In this document: positions 49,070-64,000 of the stretch, piece by piece
Layout of the letters: each line of letters begins with the position of its first letter
How positions within the stretch are numbered: position 1 is the stretch's first letter
NCBI RefSeq assembly: GCF_009914755.1
Contig: NC_060925.1
Length of the DNA: 64,000 nucleotides
Direction: 5' to 3' (one strand)
Origin: the human T2T-CHM13v2.0 reference genome, Homo sapiens
The notes under the pieces: generated by a model
What the model was told of the DNA's origin: nothing
The model's input: only the letters and a program-made list of their open reading frames with translations
Database searches by the model: none
Program-made: the position numbers and the translations under genes

Positions 49070-49400
49070 CAGATCTGGATGTAGTTTAGAAGGTGCTCAG
49101 ACCTCAGGAAGAACCAAGCAGGAACTCCAGGCTTGAAGACTTTGGGTCTCTCCTGTGGGTCTTTAGAAGCTTTTATTGACCTTTCTAATCACAACTCCCA
49201 CCCACGCCCCTCCACGTATCCGCTGCTAGCTTCCAATCAAAAAATGATATCTGATTGCATTTGTGAAGCTCCACTCCACCCAGGTAATCCTGATTGGGTT
49301 TTTGGCTCTCCCCAGATTAATGGATTGAATCAGATGTCCATTCATATCACATATCTATATTCACTTCACGAAGCAAGAAATTGACAGTGTTAGGGATAGG
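49070..49400 (-). promoter_or_regulatory. PRAMEF promoter + exon 1, proximal copy
   Basis: Donor cagatctg|gtaagt (49069), TATA-like caataaaa (~49175), GC box, CCAAT boxes, GGATTA box. Confidence 0.8.
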
Positions 49401-50362
49401 GTAGAAGTCAAGAATACATTCATTCAAGGCCAGACGAAGTGGCTCACACCTGTAATCCCAGCACTGTGGGAGGCAGAGGCAGGTGGATTATCTGAGGTCA
49501 GGAGTTTGAGACAAGCCTGGCCAACATGGTAAAACCCTACCTCTACTAAAATTACAAAAATTAGCCAGTTGCGGTGGTCTGCGCCTATAGTCCAGGCTAC
49601 TAGGGAGGCTGAGACAGGAGGATCCCTTGAACCCAGGAGGCAGAGGTTGCAGTGAGCTGACAATACACCACTGAACTCCAGCCTGGGAAATAGGCTAGAT
49701 TTAAAAAAAAAAAAAAAAAAAAGAAAAAGAAAAAAGAGAGAGAGAGAACTACATTTGATTCCACTTCTACCGAGTTAATCCTGATTGGATTTTTGGCTTT
49801 CTTCCAGATTTACTGATGGAATTAGATATTCATCCATCAAAGTGAAAGATTTAGGGATAGGGTGGAAGTCCAGGACTCATTCACTGATTCCCTTCACAAA
49901 CATGGGGTTTTACTAATATGTGTCCTTCACAGTCCTGAGTGTGAGATAGGGAAGGGTTGAATCTCTTCCTGATATTAGACAGAAAGAAAAAACTTGAAAG
50001 TATCTTTGTTGAGGGATCCTCGGCCACATCAAATTTATCAAAATATTTCAGAGTTAAAACAGTTTTCAAAGACAGAGTTGACAGTCCCCAAGAACACACA
50101 ATAGAAATCCTCATGTATCCAATGATCACCTGGGTGGTATAATCTAATTGTTTTTGGTGTGGGGGAAGCTGAGTCTCACTTTGTCGCCCAGGCTGGAGTG
50201 CAGCGGCGCCATCTCAGCTCACTGTAACCTCCACCTCTGAGATTCAAGCAATTCTCATGCTTCAGCCTTCCACGTAGCTGGGATTACAGGCATGCACCCC
50301 CACACCCATGTCTCCATTCGGGTGGAAGAATTACAGTGAGGACGTGATTGGTTTAAAATTAA

Positions 50363-50641
<279 letters not shown>

Positions 50642-51221
50642 TGAGGTCAGGTGTTCGAGACAAACCTGGCCAGCGTGGTGAAACCCCACCTCTACTAAAA
50701 ATACAAAAATTAGCCAGGCATGGTTTCAGATGTCTGTGACACCAGCTTCTGAGGATGGAGACTGAGGCATGAGAATTGCTTGAACCCGGGAGGTAAAGGT
50801 TGCAGTGAGTTGAGATCGTGCCACTGCACTCCAGTCTGGGCAACACAGTGAGACTCCATCCCCACCCTCAAAAAAAAAAACGTTGTGTAGAGGAGGGTTT
50901 TTGTCATGTTGCCCAGGTTGGTCTCAAACCCCTGGGCTGAAATGATCCTCCCACTTTGGCCTCCCAAAGTGTTGGGGTTAAAGGCATAAGTCACTGCTCC
51001 CTTCAAGAATTTTGAAATGACCTAAACCAAAGCACAATCAACTTTTTTGAAATAAAGACAGAACTGCATTTAGAGGAAAAAATTCAAAGCCTCCAATTGT
51101 TCATATGAAAAAAAAAAAGGACAGGATATAGCTCTGTGCCATCGTAGGCTGCACTGTCACCATCCCAGACTGACTGACTCTAGGTCAGATGGGAGTGTCC
51201 TTACAGAAATTAGTGACTTAC

Positions 51222-51560
51222 CAGATCTGGATGTAGTTTAGAAGGTGCTCAGACCTCAGGAAGAACCAGGCAGGAACTCCAGGCTTGAAGACTTTGGGTC
51301 TCTCCTGTGGGTCTTTAGAAGCTTTTATTGACCTTTCTAATCACAACTCCCACCCACGCCCTTCCACGTGTGCACTGCTAGCTTCCAATCAAAAAGCCAT
51401 ATCTGATTGCATTTCTGAAGCTCCACCCAGTTAATCCTGATTGGGTTTTTGGCTCTCCCCAGATTACCGGATTGAATCAGATGTCCATTCATATCACATA
51501 TCTATATTCACTTCATGAAGCAAGAAATCGACAGTGTTAGGGATAGGGTAGAAGTCAAGA
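51222..51560 (-). promoter_or_regulatory. PRAMEF promoter + exon 1, distal copy
   Basis: Same motifs; donor at 51221. Confidence 0.78.
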
Positions 51561-51670
51561 ATACATTCATTCAAGGGTGGGCAAGGTGGCTCATACCTGT
51601 AATTCCAGCACTTTGGAAGGACAAGGTGAGTAGATCACCTGATGTCAGGGGTTCAAGACCAGTCAGGTCA

Positions 51671-51874
<204 letters not shown>

Positions 51875-52244
51875 TCATTCATTCATGAACTCCACAAACA
51901 CTGATTTTTTTTTATTAATATGTGAACTTCATAGTCTTGAGTGTGAGGCAGGGAAGGATTTGATCTGTTTACGACATTAGACAGAAAAATGAAATCTGAA
52001 AGTAGTGTTGTTAGGAGATCTTTGGCCACATCAAAATATAAAAATGCTTTCTACTTTAAAAAGCTTTTTAAAAACAGAGGAGTCGTCCCTACGAAATCAG
52101 AATAAAAATCTCAATGTACTGAATGGTCTTTGGGATTTTGTATAACCTAAGGTAGCAGATTACATGCTCGTTCTGGTGGAGGAGAGGTGCCACTGAGGGC
52201 GTGAGTGGTCTCAGGGCTTAGGTTAAGGCTTCTTTGGAAGAAAT

Positions 52245-52813
52245 TGAAACCACATCTCTAAAATTTATAAATTTAATCAGTGAAGAAGGGAGGGAGAGAA
52301 ACAAAAATAAACCAAGCTTGCAACACATTCAGCATTCATCAGGAGGTCTTCTTGCTCTCTGACCTGGTTCCTCATGGTTACTGGCAGCCTACTGTTCCAA
52401 AATCATATAGACCTTAGATTACAGTTCCCCTTAACTTCCCTGCAGACAACCATTTAAGCATTGTAAAACATTAACTTTTTCATCTGAGATATTCTTTCAG
52501 GTTCTGCATGTCAGTGAAACTGCTGATGCCAGCTGATCTGAAGGGCCATGCAATGCACCAACTCACCAAAGAATGCAGTTTCTACATCCTGTTGACTTCT
52601 TCCCTCTTACCGCTACCCCAACTTTCCGGCCTCTTGCTATCCAGGATCCACTGGAAACCTTCAGTACTCCTTGGGGAGATGAATTTGAGGATCTCCTCCT
52701 AGCTTCTCATTCAGCCACCTTGTGATCATTAAACTCTCTGCTGCAAACCCTGCTGTCTCAGAATATTGCTAAGCTACTGTGCAGCAGGCATAGGAACCTG
52801 ATGGTCCTGTAAT
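52245..52813 (+). mobile_element. ERV1 LTR (MER66-like)
   Basis: tgaaacc...aaaataaaccaagcttgcaacacattcagcatt...gaacctgatggtcctgtaata. Confidence 0.6.
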
Positions 52814-53280
52814 AAAGTCATGTCAAAATTACAAATGGAAGTGAGGGTGGAGCTGGTCAGGGTTGAGCTGGGTTTTTAATGGGAACCTGGGAGTGAAGCA
52901 AGACTTGCAGGTCACATTGGGCAGGCTTCCAAATTCACCACCTATGGAAGGTCTTTCGCTTGGCTTACATCCTGTCCCTGAGTAAAGAGTCTGATCATGA
53001 GTTCATGAGTGCTTCAAACTCTACAAGTATTGATGAAGGCTTCCACCCACTGACAGTGAGAAGGCACTGATTTGATGGTGATCATGAAGTTCTGCTGGTT
53101 GTCTTGCAAGGAATATGTTTTATTCTTTTATCTTGTCATCTAAAGCCAATGATTGTAACCTCTGTTTGTCCCTTCCAATGGAAAAAACAAAAACAAAAAG
53201 TCAACTCTATTTGAGCCTTGTCAGGTCTATAAAACAAAAGAAAATTTAAAAAAATAATTGATAGGAGGAGTCCCATTCCC

Positions 53281-55393
<2,113 letters not shown>

Positions 55394-55399
55394 TTAAAT

Positions 55400-55746
55400 G
55401 AATGAATTCTTGATTTCCACTCTATCCCTAATGCTGTCAATTTCTTGATTCATGAAATGAATATGGGTATGTGATATGAATGGATATTTGGTTCAATCCA
55501 TTAATCTGGGGAAAGCCAAAAACCCAATCAGGATTAGCTGGGTGGAACTTCAGAAATGCAATGAGATATTGCTTTTTGATTGGAAGCTAGCAGTGCATAC
55601 GTGGAAGGGCGTGGGTGGGAGTTGTGATTAGAAAGGTCAATAAAAGCTTCTAAAGACCCACAGGAGAGACCCAAAGTCTTCAAGCCTGGAGTTCCTGCTT
55701 GGTTCTTCCTGAGGTCTGAACACCCTGCAAACTGAGCCCAGATCTG
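55400..55746 (+). promoter_or_regulatory. PRAMEF-derived promoter + exon 1 upstream of HNRNPCL
   Basis: Colinear with the 63220-63568 and 49070-49400 modules; caataaaa at 55638; donor cagatctg|gtaagt at 55747. Confidence 0.85.
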
Positions 55747-55975
55747 GTAAGTCACTAATTTCTGTAAGGACACTCCCATGGGACCTACAGTCAGCCGATG
55801 TAGCATGGTGACAGTGCAGCCTACGACAGAGCAGAGCTATATCCTGTCTTTTTTTTCTTTTTTTCATATGAACACTTTGAAGCTTTGATTTTTTTTTCTA
55901 AATGCAGTTTTGTCTTTATTTCAAAAATGTTGATTGTGCTTTTCTTTACGTCATTTCAGAATTCTTGTTGGGAGC

Positions 55976-57692
<1,717 letters not shown>

Positions 57693-57701
57693 AATTCTTG
57701 G

Positions 57702-59790
<2,089 letters not shown>

Positions 59791-61084
59791 ATCTTTTTTA
59801 CTTTTCTCAAGCATGGTGTCATAGTATTGGGTTCTATGCACTTAGAAGAGTGAGCCCATCGTTCAGTAACAATATGAATCAATACTGCAAGACCTTGATG
59901 CAGTATTTGAAAGACTATTTCCACTAGGTGAAGGAGGCTTTCAGTGATGCTTAGACCTTCATGCCCTAGCATTTGGAGATTGCATCCTTTAGAAATGACA
60001 CCAAGGGCAATCTGCCCATGAACAGCATTGGATGGGACTGTACCAGATGACTTAAACTTAAGGATATCTGAGGAAAAGCCTTCCCTAGAAGCACACATCA
60101 TCACCTGGTAGACAGCTTTTCCAAGACAATGGAACAAGACTCCATTTGATCTTCTTCCATTGACTGAGACTTGGTTTTGTTTTGTATTAACACAAAATTA
60201 TCAAACCTATATTTTATGTTGTTAGGTACTTTCACCACTCAAACCAAACACTTTCTAAGATCTTCTGTTCAAAATGTAGCCACTCTCACTAACCAAAGCA
60301 ATTGCTGGCTATGGAGTCATTTAGATGAAAGGGAAGGATCACACTTAATACTACAACCTGCTTTCGTACACAGTTGGGTAGCAATTGAGGATGCTAAGTT
60401 CATGATAAGATTTGTTATCCTTCCTTTGGTAGGTTGGTTAATATTGATAATTAAATGACTTGGCATTGAGAAGAAGCTATAGGTGCAAATGAGTGGTCTA
60501 TGACTATTATTGATTTCATTACTGGTAACTTATCTCTATGCATAGAAAACATTAGTGTAACTGGGTCTAATCTAGATGGTGTGCCAGACTCACACTAGAA
60601 TAAACTCTGGTTTGACGCATATTATGAAGGCTGGAACGCTATAGTTATCGACATAGACACAGAATCAGAACATGACCATGTTACCCTCTGCCATATAATC
60701 AGAGAAACTTACTGAAACTAGATATTGGTTCATTGGAGATTCTAGAGGGAAATAGAATGCATCTATAGCTCTAGTATATGAAATAAATATTAGTTTTGTT
60801 TATTGGGTGCATCAATACTCAGGACATATTTGGAGAGGAACCTACTCATTCTTCTATGGAGATGACATGCAAGGATTACTTTATAAAAGACATAGAAATA
60901 TTTTTTCTTCCCACCCCAATTCAAACCATTACCATACAACCTTGTGTCAATAGAAGATAAGGCTGTTGAGGTAGAAATAATTAACGAAAGCTTCACTGGA
61001 AGCTAAATGTGAGGATTGACCTGGAAGACACACACTGACAAAGTGGGTGTTTTCCAAAGTCTGTTACAAGTTGGAATGCTTTTG

Positions 61085-64000
<2,916 letters not shown>

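Overview
Primate (almost certainly human) 1p36.21 PRAMEF/HNRNPCL segmental-duplication cluster. From left to right: an Alu/ERV-rich block, a 10 x 53-bp minisatellite and a full-length but defective HERV-K(HML-2) type-2 provirus (5193-14734, minus strand, both LTRs, Lys PBS, 6-bp TSD). Next is a PRAMEF13/14-like gene on the plus strand that is disabled by three point lesions (start ATG>AGG and two nonsense codons). After it come a MER52-type LTR and a near full-length, apparently chimeric L1 that carries a nested twin-primed L1. An intact 478-codon PRAMEF gene (PRAMEF27-like) follows on the minus strand, with its promoter/exon-1 module tandemly duplicated. An intact HNRNPC retrogene (HNRNPCL3/4-like) sits inside intron 1 of another copy of the same PRAMEF promoter module; its TSD and three empty paralogous sites are visible. 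A further PRAMEF promoter at the right end belongs to a large inverted repeat. No prokaryotic-type system (CRISPR etc.) is present. Gene symbols and repeat subfamily names come from recognition by eye and were not database-checked.
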